A DNA stretch of 64,000 nucleotides from Dehalococcoidia bacterium (GTDB lineage Bacteria; Chloroflexota; Dehalococcoidia; Plut-88900). The DNA lies in contig CBDBLV010000001.1 in the NCBI GenBank assembly GCA_965207225.1, forward strand, positions 186,239-250,238. The letters are read 5' to 3'. Each line of letters begins with the position of its first letter. Positions within the stretch are counted from its first letter, which is position 1. Below the pieces are notes generated by a model. That model was not told the origin of the DNA. It was given only the letters and a program-made list of their open reading frames with translations, and made no database searches. A program made the translations under genes and the position numbers. Positions 9,807 to 18,387 of the stretch are shown one piece after another.

Positions 9807-10901
9807 ATGCGTTACCCGACATGGGACGAATTCCTGGGCGACTGGGAAGAATTCATCAAGGGCAGTTTTGGGGACAGGCCGATGTTCCCGACCCTTGCGC
9901 CCGAAACACCCACGTTCATGGGCCTGCCCGAGGCCAAGTCCCCTGAAGACCTGAAAGACGTGGATGCAGCGATTATCGGGGCGCCCTACGTAGCTACCAC
10001 CCATGAGACCTATGCGGGCGTAGACCGGAACGAATGGCTTTCGGCGCCGAAGAGAGTGAGGCAGCAGTCTGCCCGGTATCAGTCGGGGTACATCCAGGAA
10101 TTCAGGATGGACGTGTTCGACCATCTGAAAGTGGTCGACTACGGAGACGCCCCAATACCCGAAGAGGTGATGAAGGTGCAGTCCCCCGAAAACATCCTCA
10201 AGGCCCAGGCCGCAGTGGAGATGAAGGTGGGACAGGTGCTGGATGCAGGGGCCATCCCCGTGGTAATCGGGCAGAACTCGCCTTGCGGCTCCTATGCCAT
10301 CGCAAAGCCGATAGCGGAGCGCACGGAGGGTTCGGTGGGGTGCGTAAGCCTCGACACCCACTGGGACATTCAACCCCTGGATTTCCTGTCCCAGGACCCG
10401 AGGATCGCGGGGTCTGCGAGCTGGAAGCACAAGATGTACGAGTTCCACGAAAACATGCACCCCCAGCATCTCGTCGAGATCGGTGAGAGGGGGATGCTGG
10501 AGAGGAAGGACCTGGTAGAGTCGTACATTGACCGAGGGGCAAGGTTCATATCATCGTGGGAGGTGCGGGACGATCTGGGGATGAGGGGTGTGGCCCATGA
10601 ATTGGACCGTGCCTACAACGGCACCAAAGCTGTTTACGTCCACTTCGACATGGACGTAATGGGGGGTGCAGGTCCGGCTCCCGGGGATATCCTTGGGGAG
10701 GCGGTTGAACCCATAGGACTATCGGATTTTGAGATAATCAAGATAGCACACGAGGTTGGAAAGCGAGGGGTGTCGGGGTTCTCGTTTATCTGCATTCCCC
10801 CGGGGTCGGCGGTGGTCTACCGGGTGATCGTATACGTGATCATGTACATGCTGGCCGGGGTAGCGATGGCCAAGAGGGATGGGACGTACCTCTTGAAGTA
10901 G
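9807..10901 (+). CDS. Ureohydrolase (agmatinase/arginase family), atypical active site
   Basis: PTFMGLP, DYGD, DTHWD, HFDMDV motifs. Confidence 0.8.
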   Translation: MRYPTWDEFLGDWEEFIKGSFGDRPMFPTLAPETPTFMGLPEAKSPEDLKDVDAAIIGAPYVATTHETYAGVDRNEWLSAPKRVRQQSARYQSGYIQEFRMDVFDHLKVVDYGDAPIPEEVMKVQSPENILKAQAAVEMKVGQVLDAGAIPVVIGQNSPCGSYAIAKPIAERTEGSVGCVSLDTHWDIQPLDFLSQDPRIAGSASWKHKMYEFHENMHPQHLVEIGERGMLERKDLVESYIDRGARFISSWEVRDDLGMRGVAHELDRAYNGTKAVYVHFDMDVMGGAGPAPGDILGEAVEPIGLSDFEIIKIAHEVGKRGVSGFSFICIPPGSAVVYRVIVYVIMYMLAGVAMAKRDGTYLLK

Positions 10902-10918
10902 GGATATGGGGTGACGAA

Positions 10919-10955
10919 GGGAAGGGTCGGCCGGCTCTGCCGGCCGACCCTTCCC
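10919..10955. terminator. 17-bp perfect hairpin between convergent genes
   Basis: GGGAAGGGTCGGCCGGC-tct-GCCGGCCGACCCTTCCC. Confidence 0.75.
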
Positions 10956-11001
10956 GTTTCGGTTGAGAGAGATAGACCCAACCCAAGTGTTACTCGGCTC
11001 C

Positions 11002-12360
11002 CTATGCCTTCCTGAACCCCGAGCCGTACATGATATTCCCGTAGTAGTTGAACGATTTTCTCGCCGCGGGGTCATCGAAGTGGTAGTCGGCGCCCAGCTG
11101 TCTTGCGGTGGCGAGGCCGCTGACGAGGCAGGTCTCCTGGCTGTTGATCAACGTGTGTGCTCCGCAGTGCCATGTTCGTCTCCTGCCCTGGATGAATCGG
11201 AATAAGGGGACAAGCAACGCAACGTGGCGCACGTCATGGACTATATGCTGAAAGGAGAACTTTGCCAGTACCTTTCTATCGTCAATGGGCTTGTGAGGGT
11301 TATAGGTTACGAGGCAAGGCTTGTCGGAGTTACCGGCCCAGGGCTGCTGGTTATGCATGATGTAGGTGATTTCATAGTTGTCCGGTTTCTCACCGTACTG
11401 TTCGATGTGGTTGCTGCGGGTGGTGAGGGGTTGGGCTTCGTTGTCGGGGAGGACTGAGGAATCGTGATGCACGACGGCCTTGTGATGGATCTCGCCGTCG
11501 TACCGGGTGGACGAAAGGATGTAACGCTCCAGGGACGTGGGCTTGTCGAGAATCCGCAGGGTCTGGTCCGCGTTGCATGCTAAGACAACCTCGTCGAACT
11601 CCTCTAGATCCCCTGCTTCGTCTTCTACGACGGCCCGTGAATTTTCCCTGTAGAGCTTGTGGACGGGGCGACTCAGGTAGATCTTGTCTCGGAAGTTGGC
11701 CGTCAGGTTCTCGTAGATGCGTCGGGTGCCCTGGTCCCAGGTCTGCATAGGGGTGGCGGACTCTATGTTGAAGAATTCGAGGTACCGGGCGAACAGTGCG
11801 GCAGGCATATCGAAAATGTGTGTCGCCAGCACAAAGTTGATGAACATTGGCTTGAGGACCTTGTACCTGAAGTCGTCGGAGAATCTGCCCAGGTCCAGAA
11901 CCCTGCCCATGCTTATGTAGTTGAAGGGGTTGACTGCATTCAACAGCTGTGATTGAGAGCGGGTCAGCCAGCCAAACCAGTGCAGATACCTCAAGAGCCT
12001 CTGAAATCGCTCGATCTCGGGTTGCAGCTGCCGCCTGATGTCGGAATCAAAGTCATGGGCGTAGATGCCTTCGCCGTACTTCACGCTGTAGCTGAACTTA
12101 GTGTCGACCAATTCAATGCCGAATTTCTTCATAAGTAGGACGATGTGGTCGTAGACCGAGGGAATGCAGGCGGTCACGGAGATATCGAATGGGATTGAAC
12201 TGCCGTCGTCCTGGGGCATATCGACGGTGATGGCATTGCCGCCGACCTGTTCCCGGGCCTCGAACAGACGAAAGTCAAAGCGGTCGGGGTGATGATGCAA
12301 CGCCCACGCCGCCCCCAGCCCCGATACCCCTCCTCCGATGATGGCGATTCTGCGTGGCAT
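11002..12360 (-). CDS. FAD-dependent oxidoreductase (COG2907-like)
   Basis: IAIIGGGVSGL dinucleotide motif, EA...GGNA, HCGAH...QE near C-terminus. Confidence 0.85.
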   Translation of the reverse strand: MPRRIAIIGGGVSGLGAAWALHHHPDRFDFRLFEAREQVGGNAITVDMPQDDGSSIPFDISVTACIPSVYDHIVLLMKKFGIELVDTKFSYSVKYGEGIYAHDFDSDIRRQLQPEIERFQRLLRYLHWFGWLTRSQSQLLNAVNPFNYISMGRVLDLGRFSDDFRYKVLKPMFINFVLATHIFDMPAALFARYLEFFNIESATPMQTWDQGTRRIYENLTANFRDKIYLSRPVHKLYRENSRAVVEDEAGDLEEFDEVVLACNADQTLRILDKPTSLERYILSSTRYDGEIHHKAVVHHDSSVLPDNEAQPLTTRSNHIEQYGEKPDNYEITYIMHNQQPWAGNSDKPCLVTYNPHKPIDDRKVLAKFSFQHIVHDVRHVALLVPLFRFIQGRRRTWHCGAHTLINSQETCLVSGLATARQLGADYHFDDPAARKSFNYYGNIMYGSGFRKA

Positions 12361-12533
12361 AGCCTTGGCGTTTAGCTCGCCTCCGGGCCTGGTTCGGCCT
12401 TCGGCCCAATCACGGTTATGAATTCGAGCCTAGTCCTATGTGTGTCACCGACAATAAAGCGGCAACGCCGGAATCACTGTGAAAGCCTAATAAAGAGAGG
12501 ACATAAATTGAGATGCGAAAGGGTTGTCAGTTT

Positions 12534-12887
12534 TGGTGGAGACGGGGGAGGGTCGAACTCCCCGTCCAGAAGGTGGCCCCCAGGGCGTCTACAGGCTTAG
12601 ACGGAACTTAAATCTCACCTACCGGGCCGCAACCGACGACGGTGCCGGTAGACCAGCTGATGAGTCTTAGCCTGGCCCTATCAGCGACGGGACAGGAGCA
12701 CCTCGATTTGCATCGCCCTGAGACGGCCTTCGAGGAGAGACCGAACAGGACGGGTTACCTAGTGTCTAGGCAGCCAGTGCCAACTGACGTTTGCCAGTTA
12801 TATCTTTGCCGTTGGTTTAACGAGTCCCACGGCGCCTCGGCCTGCAACCCTGGGTAACCGTGGCTCCTGTCGAACCCACGCGTCCCC
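12534..12887 (-). ncRNA. ssrA: tmRNA
   Basis: 5' GGGGACG...GGGTTCGAC, 3' GTTCGACCCTCCCCGTCTCCACCA; tag frame GKRQLALAA*; adjacent to smpB. Confidence 0.95.
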
Positions 12888-12944
12888 ATGAGGCAACAAT
12901 GAATTTTAGCATAACGGACCAGCCGGGTTGTGGCGGGCCGTCGA

Positions 12945-13403
12945 CTAGCTGCGCCGGACGGCCTCCTTGAGGACGGCCCGCTGCATCTGGCGGTCGGCCT
13001 CCCGACGGGCGATTGCCGCTCGCTTGTCGTAGAGCCTGCGGCCTCGGGCCAGGCCCAGCTCCACTTTGGCCCTGTGGTTCTTGATATACATCCTCAGCGG
13101 CACAAGGGTCAGGCCTTTCTCCTGCACCTTGGAAGTCAGGTCGTCAATCTGGCCCCGGTGCATTAGGACCTTGCGAGGGCGCATTGGTTCGTGATTGGCC
13201 CTGTTGCCGTTCGCATAGGGGGCTATGTGAGCGTTGAAGAGCCACAGCTCACCGCCTTCGGGTCGGGCGAAGGCGTCCCGTATGTTAACCCTGCCGTCTC
13301 GTATGGACTTAATCTCCGTACCCGTAAGGACGAGTCCGCCTTCGATGGACTCCAGGATGTCGTATTCGTAACGGGCTCTGCGGTTGACGGTTATGGTCTT
13401 CAT
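12945..13403 (-). CDS. smpB: SsrA-binding protein
   Basis: NRRARYEY, GLVLTGTEIKSIR, RPRKVLMH, LARGRRLYDKR. Confidence 0.98.
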   Translation of the reverse strand: MKTITVNRRARYEYDILESIEGGLVLTGTEIKSIRDGRVNIRDAFARPEGGELWLFNAHIAPYANGNRANHEPMRPRKVLMHRGQIDDLTSKVQEKGLTLVPLRMYIKNHRAKVELGLARGRRLYDKRAAIARREADRQMQRAVLKEAVRRS

Positions 13404-13418
13404 TGCAGCCCCGATGCA

Positions 13419-14885
13419 CTAGCCCGAAATGGCAAGCAGGTGCTCCACGGCCGCTTCCAGTTGGACGTCCTTCTGGGCTGCAAGGTCGGCCTCTGTGAAG
13501 GAAACGAGGATGTCGGGTTCGATTCCGAAGCCCTCGATGACATCACCGTCGGGGGTGAACCAGCGGGCGAAGGTGACGTACAGGCCCGACCCGTCTGACA
13601 GGGGGTTTAGTCTAGTAACACTGCCCTTGCCGAAAGTGGGCAACCCAATGAGCTGCGCCCGACCTCGGTCCTGGAGTGCACCTGCCAGCACCTCGGCGCC
13701 GCTGGCGCTGTGGGCATCGACCAGGACGGCCAGCGGGATGTCCAGAGCAACGCCGCCCGACGTTGCATTCCAGTCGGTACGGGTGCCGTCCCTCTCCATT
13801 TCAATCAGGACCAGGCCGCCATCCAGGAAGATGTCGGCAACCTGCACCGTTTCCCTCAGAAGGCCTCCCGGGTTCTGGCGCACATCCAGTATTACTCCCC
13901 GAGCTCCTTGCTCTATAGCCTCTTCCAATACTGACTCAACCTCGGATGGGGTGCGTCGGGTGAAGAGATTTATCCTGATGCGGTAGATGCCATCGTCAAG
14001 GGTCTCCGAATAGACGCTGTCGATGGGGATGTTTCCTCGTACGATGACCACGCGCTCGGGATCGTGTTTCAGCAGGTGCTTGATCAGGAGCTCGACCGGT
14101 GTGCCCTCTGGGCCGCGGATGCGCAGTATCGACTCCTGTAGGCTGATGGTATTGGCCTCTACGCCATCGATTTCCAGGATGATGTCGCCGGCCAGGATGC
14201 CGGCGGCCTCGGCGGGGGAGTTCTCCATGGGGGAGATGATTATCGGGTACCCCTCGCTGTTGGTTCCCACATAGGCGCCGATTCCATGGAAGGAGCCCTC
14301 GAGGTCCGACTGGTCAAGCCGCAGGTCGTCACGGGACAGGTAGGCGGTGTATGGGTCGGCCAGGGCCCCGACCATTCCCTTGATGGCAGCGATGTTCAAG
14401 TCGTAAACATCCAGCCTCTCATCCTCCGGTCGGGTGTAGGCATAGGCGAACACTTCATAGGCCTCTTCAAGCTCATCGCCGCCTGGAACGGAGAAATAAT
14501 TCTCCTCCAGCTCCAGGTCGTACTCAAGGGCCCGGGCCTGGGCAATCGAAAGAGTCGATTCCTCCATCGCATCAAGGATGCCGAAAATGGCGCCGTCGCT
14601 CAGGACACGTGGGTCAATGTTGTCGATGTCTACGTACTCCCGCTGGACAATGCGCCAGGCCTCGAAAAGGGCCCGGGTCTCGTCGGGGAGGGCGATAGTG
14701 CGGGGTTCCTCCGGGGGAGCGACGGTGGCCGTCGGGGGAGATTCGGAAGGGGAGTCGGAAGACGGTGATTGTGCGGTCGCAGGGTCTTGAGGAGTCGGGT
14801 CTACTCCATTTCCGCCGCATGCGGCGGCGAACAAGAATAGGGAAGATATCAATAGAGCTAGGACAGTGCGTTTCACAGTTAACAT
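13419..14885 (-). CDS. S41 C-terminal processing peptidase, lipoprotein with PDZ
   Basis: Lipobox FAAAC; DPYT, GIG PDZ, DVRQNPGG, SASGAE, TFGKGS. Confidence 0.92.
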   Translation of the reverse strand: MLTVKRTVLALLISSLFLFAAACGGNGVDPTPQDPATAQSPSSDSPSESPPTATVAPPEEPRTIALPDETRALFEAWRIVQREYVDIDNIDPRVLSDGAIFGILDAMEESTLSIAQARALEYDLELEENYFSVPGGDELEEAYEVFAYAYTRPEDERLDVYDLNIAAIKGMVGALADPYTAYLSRDDLRLDQSDLEGSFHGIGAYVGTNSEGYPIIISPMENSPAEAAGILAGDIILEIDGVEANTISLQESILRIRGPEGTPVELLIKHLLKHDPERVVIVRGNIPIDSVYSETLDDGIYRIRINLFTRRTPSEVESVLEEAIEQGARGVILDVRQNPGGLLRETVQVADIFLDGGLVLIEMERDGTRTDWNATSGGVALDIPLAVLVDAHSASGAEVLAGALQDRGRAQLIGLPTFGKGSVTRLNPLSDGSGLYVTFARWFTPDGDVIEGFGIEPDILVSFTEADLAAQKDVQLEAAVEHLLAISG

Positions 14886-14992
14886 TTGAACCGGGCCTCT
14901 AGGACGTGCGAGGAACAGTAGTTTTCCTAAATGTGACCTACGAAAAGTTTAGCACGGTCATCGTGGTGCTCCAATTTCCAATAAGGATAACG

Positions 14993-15022
14993 TTGACACT
15001 AGGGAAAGGGTGTCCATAGAAT
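14993..15022 (+). promoter_or_regulatory. Sigma70-type promoter
   Basis: TTGACA-18nt-TAGAAT upstream of 15073. Confidence 0.6.
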
Positions 15023-15072
15023 CTTAGTCCCCCGATTCCCCTGGCCAAAGCTCACCCGTTGGAGAGGCTGAC

Positions 15073-15774
15073 ATGGCTGTCGGCAGACAGATTTACGAGT
15101 TGCACCTGCTCGATGCTTCCATTATCGATACAGAAGCTGGGTTGGCCTCGGTCAACCGGAAATTGGCGGACGAATCGGAGGTCCGCGTAGCCGAGGCCAA
15201 TCTGCAGCGCGCTAGGGAGAAGCTGGCTGAAGTTGAGCGCCGCCAACGGGAATCCGAGGCCCTGATAGCTGATATACAGGCGAGGCTCGGGCCCCTGGAA
15301 AAGAGGACCTACGATGGCAGCGTCACGAACTCGCGCGAATTGGAAGGTATGCAAAGAGAGGTCGAGAACCTTAAGGGGCGCCTCTCCGATGCTGAGGACA
15401 ACTATCTCGGAGTACTGGATGAACATGACACTGCATCGAAGTTCTTTGCTGAAAGGGAAGTTCAACGATCTGACACCGAGAAGAAAAGGAAGACAGACGT
15501 AAAGGACTTGACGGAAGAGAAGGACAGGTTGGAGTTCGAATTGCTGGAGCTATGGGAGAAGCGCGACGGCAAAGCTGCCGAGGTGGACGGTGCTCCCAAG
15601 GGTCTGTATGAGTCACTGCGGAAGTCACTGGGTGGACTCGCCGTAGCTACTATAGGAAGAGGGATGTGCAACAACTGCCGGCTATCCCTGCCGATGAACG
15701 TGGTGCAGAAGGCCAGGGCTGGAAGGGAACTGTCCCAGTGCCCAAGCTGCACGAGGATCCTGTGGGTTGAGTAG
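15073..15774 (+). CDS. Coiled-coil protein with C4 zinc ribbon (COG1579-like)
   Basis: Long coiled coil; CNNC...CPSCTRIL; family often adjacent to rnpB. Confidence 0.9.
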   Translation: MAVGRQIYELHLLDASIIDTEAGLASVNRKLADESEVRVAEANLQRAREKLAEVERRQRESEALIADIQARLGPLEKRTYDGSVTNSRELEGMQREVENLKGRLSDAEDNYLGVLDEHDTASKFFAEREVQRSDTEKKRKTDVKDLTEEKDRLEFELLELWEKRDGKAAEVDGAPKGLYESLRKSLGGLAVATIGRGMCNNCRLSLPMNVVQKARAGRELSQCPSCTRILWVE

Positions 15775-15963
15775 ATGAGGACTGGATGTGGGGCAATAGG
15801 CCGGAATGAATAGGGTTACAGTCAATTGGGATGAGCATTCCCAGCTTCCGATTCCTCTCTCCGATCCGCCTGTCCTTCGCTAATCCAAATGCCAACTGGC
15901 GACCCCAGACAATCGCAGTGTTTGACCTGACCGCTTGCCTAGAATAGTCTTGATTGGGACATT

Positions 15964-16301
15964 GGAGACTGGGCGGTCGCCTGCCCTTGGGCGGGAGGAA
16001 AGTCCGAGCTCCACCGGGAAGGATGCTGGGTAACTCCCAGGAGGGGAAACCCTACGGAAAGTGCCACAGAAACATACCGCCCGCCTCAGGCGGGTAAGGG
16101 TGAAATGGCGAGGTAAGAGCTCACCAGTAGACCGGGAGACCGGCTAGCTAGGCAAACCCCATCCGGAGCAAGGCCAAATAGGAGGACTAAGGGACCCGGC
16201 CCGTCCTCGGGTTGGCTGCTTGAGCCCGACGGCAACGTCGGGCCCAGATAGATGGCCGCCGTCCGCCTCTGGCGGATACAGAACTCGGCTTACAGGTCTC
16301 C
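15964..16301 (+). ncRNA. rnpB: RNase P RNA (type A)
   Basis: GAGGAAAGTCCGAGCTC, GAAAGTGCCACAGAAA, AGAACTCGGCTTA; P1 GGAGAC/GTCTCC. Confidence 0.96.
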
Positions 16302-16311
16302 GCAAGTCCCT

Positions 16312-16345
16312 GCGGGGTGGCGCTTGCGCCGCCCCGCGCTTTCTT
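16312..16345 (+). terminator. Intrinsic terminator after rnpB
   Basis: GCGGGGTGGCGC/GCGCCGCCCCGC stem then T-rich tract. Confidence 0.65.
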
Positions 16346-16411
16346 GAATACGCAATACGCGGACATATATACTGAGCTATCGCCCTCGTTTAGCCTTGCC
16401 GGGAGGCAGCC

Positions 16412-18382
16412 ATGACCACCTTGAAAAAGGCCCCTGAAGTCACCGAGATCGACTCCTCCTCTTCCCATCCCCTCGACCCCCTGTCCGCCGACGAGATTCT
16501 TCGCGCAGTTGCGATATTGAACCGCGACGAGAATATCGGGGCACGGGTGAGGTACGAGACCGTCGTACTCAACGAACCTCCCAAGAATGCCGTCCTGGAC
16601 TACGACGGAACACATACCTTCCCCAGGGAAGCTTTCATCTGTCTCCTGGATAACGACAGCCGTCGCACTTATGAGGCCGTCGTCTCCCTGTCTGATGACA
16701 AAGTGAAGTCCTTTACCCACATCCCCGGGGTCCAGCCCAAGATAATGCTGGATGAGTTCTATGAGTGCGAGCAAGCTGTAAAGGCCGACCCGGCCTTCAG
16801 GCAAGCTCTCGCCATGCGGGGTATCACCGACATCGATCTCGTCATGGTTGACCCGTGGTCAGCGGGGAACTACGGGATAGAGGGCGAGGATGGGATGCGG
16901 CTGTCCTACTCCCTTTGCTGGCTCAGGTCCAGTCCGAAGGACAACGGCTACGCTCGCCCTATCGAAGGTGTAGTGCCCGTAGTGGACCTCAACGAGATGA
17001 AGGTGCTGCGGGTTATCGACCATGGTGTCGTACCCCTTCCGCCTAACGATGGCAACTACTCCCAGAACTTCATCCACGATTTTCGAAAGGACCTGAAACC
17101 CATCGAAATCACCCAGCCCGAAGGCCCGAGCTTCACCGTGGACGGCTGGCACGTCTCCTGGCAGAAGTGGGAGATGCGTCTCGGCTTTACGCCGAGGGAG
17201 GGGTTGGTCTTATACGACATTGCATACCGAGACCAGGGGCGTCGGAGGCCTATCATCTACCGGGCGTGCCTATCCGAAATGGTCGTTCCCTACGGTGAAC
17301 CTAACGGCCCGCACTTCCGCAAGAACGCCTTCGACGCTGGTGAGTACGGCATCGGCAACTTGACCAACTCTCTGACCCTCGGGTGCGACTGCCTAGGCGA
17401 GATCTACTATTTCGACGCCGTGACTAATGACACCCAGGGCGGCGTCATGGAGATCCCGAACGCTATCTGCATGCACGAAGAGGACTACGGCATCCTGTGG
17501 AAGCATGTCGACTGGCGTACGGGGGAGACGGAGGTGCGCAGGTCCCGGCGCCTGGTGGTCTCCTTCATCTCCACGGTCGGCAACTACGAATACGGCTTCT
17601 TCTGGTACTTCTACCAGGACGGGACTATCCAGTACGAGGTCAAGCTGACTGGCGTGGTCAACAACGCGGCCGTGCCCCCGGGGCACGAGCCTGAGCACGG
17701 GACCCTGATAGCACCCCAGCTGGCCGCCCATATCCATCAACACTTCTTCAACGTCAGGATGGACATGGCCGTGGATGGGCAAAAGAACTCGGTCTACGAA
17801 GTGAATACTCACGCCAACCCCCCCGACGAAAACAACCCCCACCACAATGCCTTCTACGCGGAGAGGACACTGCTTAAATCCGAGCAAGAAGCTCAACGCA
17901 ACATCGACCCTTACTCCGCCCGGTACTGGCTGATAGCCAACGAATCGGAGACCAACTATCTCGGTCAGAAGACCTCCTACAAGCTGATGCCGGGCGAAAA
18001 CGTGCTGCCCTTTGCTCAAGATGATGCCTCCGTCATCAAGAGAGCAGGTTTTATGACCAAGCACCTATGGGTCACCCCTTATGATCCAAGTGAGATGAAC
18101 GCCTCCGGCGACTACCCCAACCAGCACCCAGGCGGAGGCGGTCTCCCTGCGTACACCGAAGCCAACCGCAGCGTTGAGGATATCGACCTAGTGGTCTGGT
18201 ACACCTTCGGTCATCACCACGTCCCCAGACCCGAGGACTGGCCCGTCATGCCGGTAATGTACTCGGGATTCAGCCTGAAACCCGTGAGTTTCTTCGACCG
18301 GAACCCGGCCCTGGACGTTCCTCCTTCGCATCACCTGAACGGGCATGGCAGCAACGGGCAACACAGGTCTTGCCATGCATGA
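16412..18382 (+). CDS. tynA: Copper-containing primary amine oxidase
   Basis: HPLDPL, GNYEY (TPQ site), HIHQH, HVPRPEDWPVMP. Confidence 0.95.
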   Translation: MTTLKKAPEVTEIDSSSSHPLDPLSADEILRAVAILNRDENIGARVRYETVVLNEPPKNAVLDYDGTHTFPREAFICLLDNDSRRTYEAVVSLSDDKVKSFTHIPGVQPKIMLDEFYECEQAVKADPAFRQALAMRGITDIDLVMVDPWSAGNYGIEGEDGMRLSYSLCWLRSSPKDNGYARPIEGVVPVVDLNEMKVLRVIDHGVVPLPPNDGNYSQNFIHDFRKDLKPIEITQPEGPSFTVDGWHVSWQKWEMRLGFTPREGLVLYDIAYRDQGRRRPIIYRACLSEMVVPYGEPNGPHFRKNAFDAGEYGIGNLTNSLTLGCDCLGEIYYFDAVTNDTQGGVMEIPNAICMHEEDYGILWKHVDWRTGETEVRRSRRLVVSFISTVGNYEYGFFWYFYQDGTIQYEVKLTGVVNNAAVPPGHEPEHGTLIAPQLAAHIHQHFFNVRMDMAVDGQKNSVYEVNTHANPPDENNPHHNAFYAERTLLKSEQEAQRNIDPYSARYWLIANESETNYLGQKTSYKLMPGENVLPFAQDDASVIKRAGFMTKHLWVTPYDPSEMNASGDYPNQHPGGGGLPAYTEANRSVEDIDLVVWYTFGHHHVPRPEDWPVMPVMYSGFSLKPVSFFDRNPALDVPPSHHLNGHGSNGQHRSCHA

Positions 18383-18387
18383 AGCGG

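Noticed and set aside
14913-14924. GAAC-AGTA-GTTT LexA-like box
   Set aside because: Single imperfect match beside genes without SOS link
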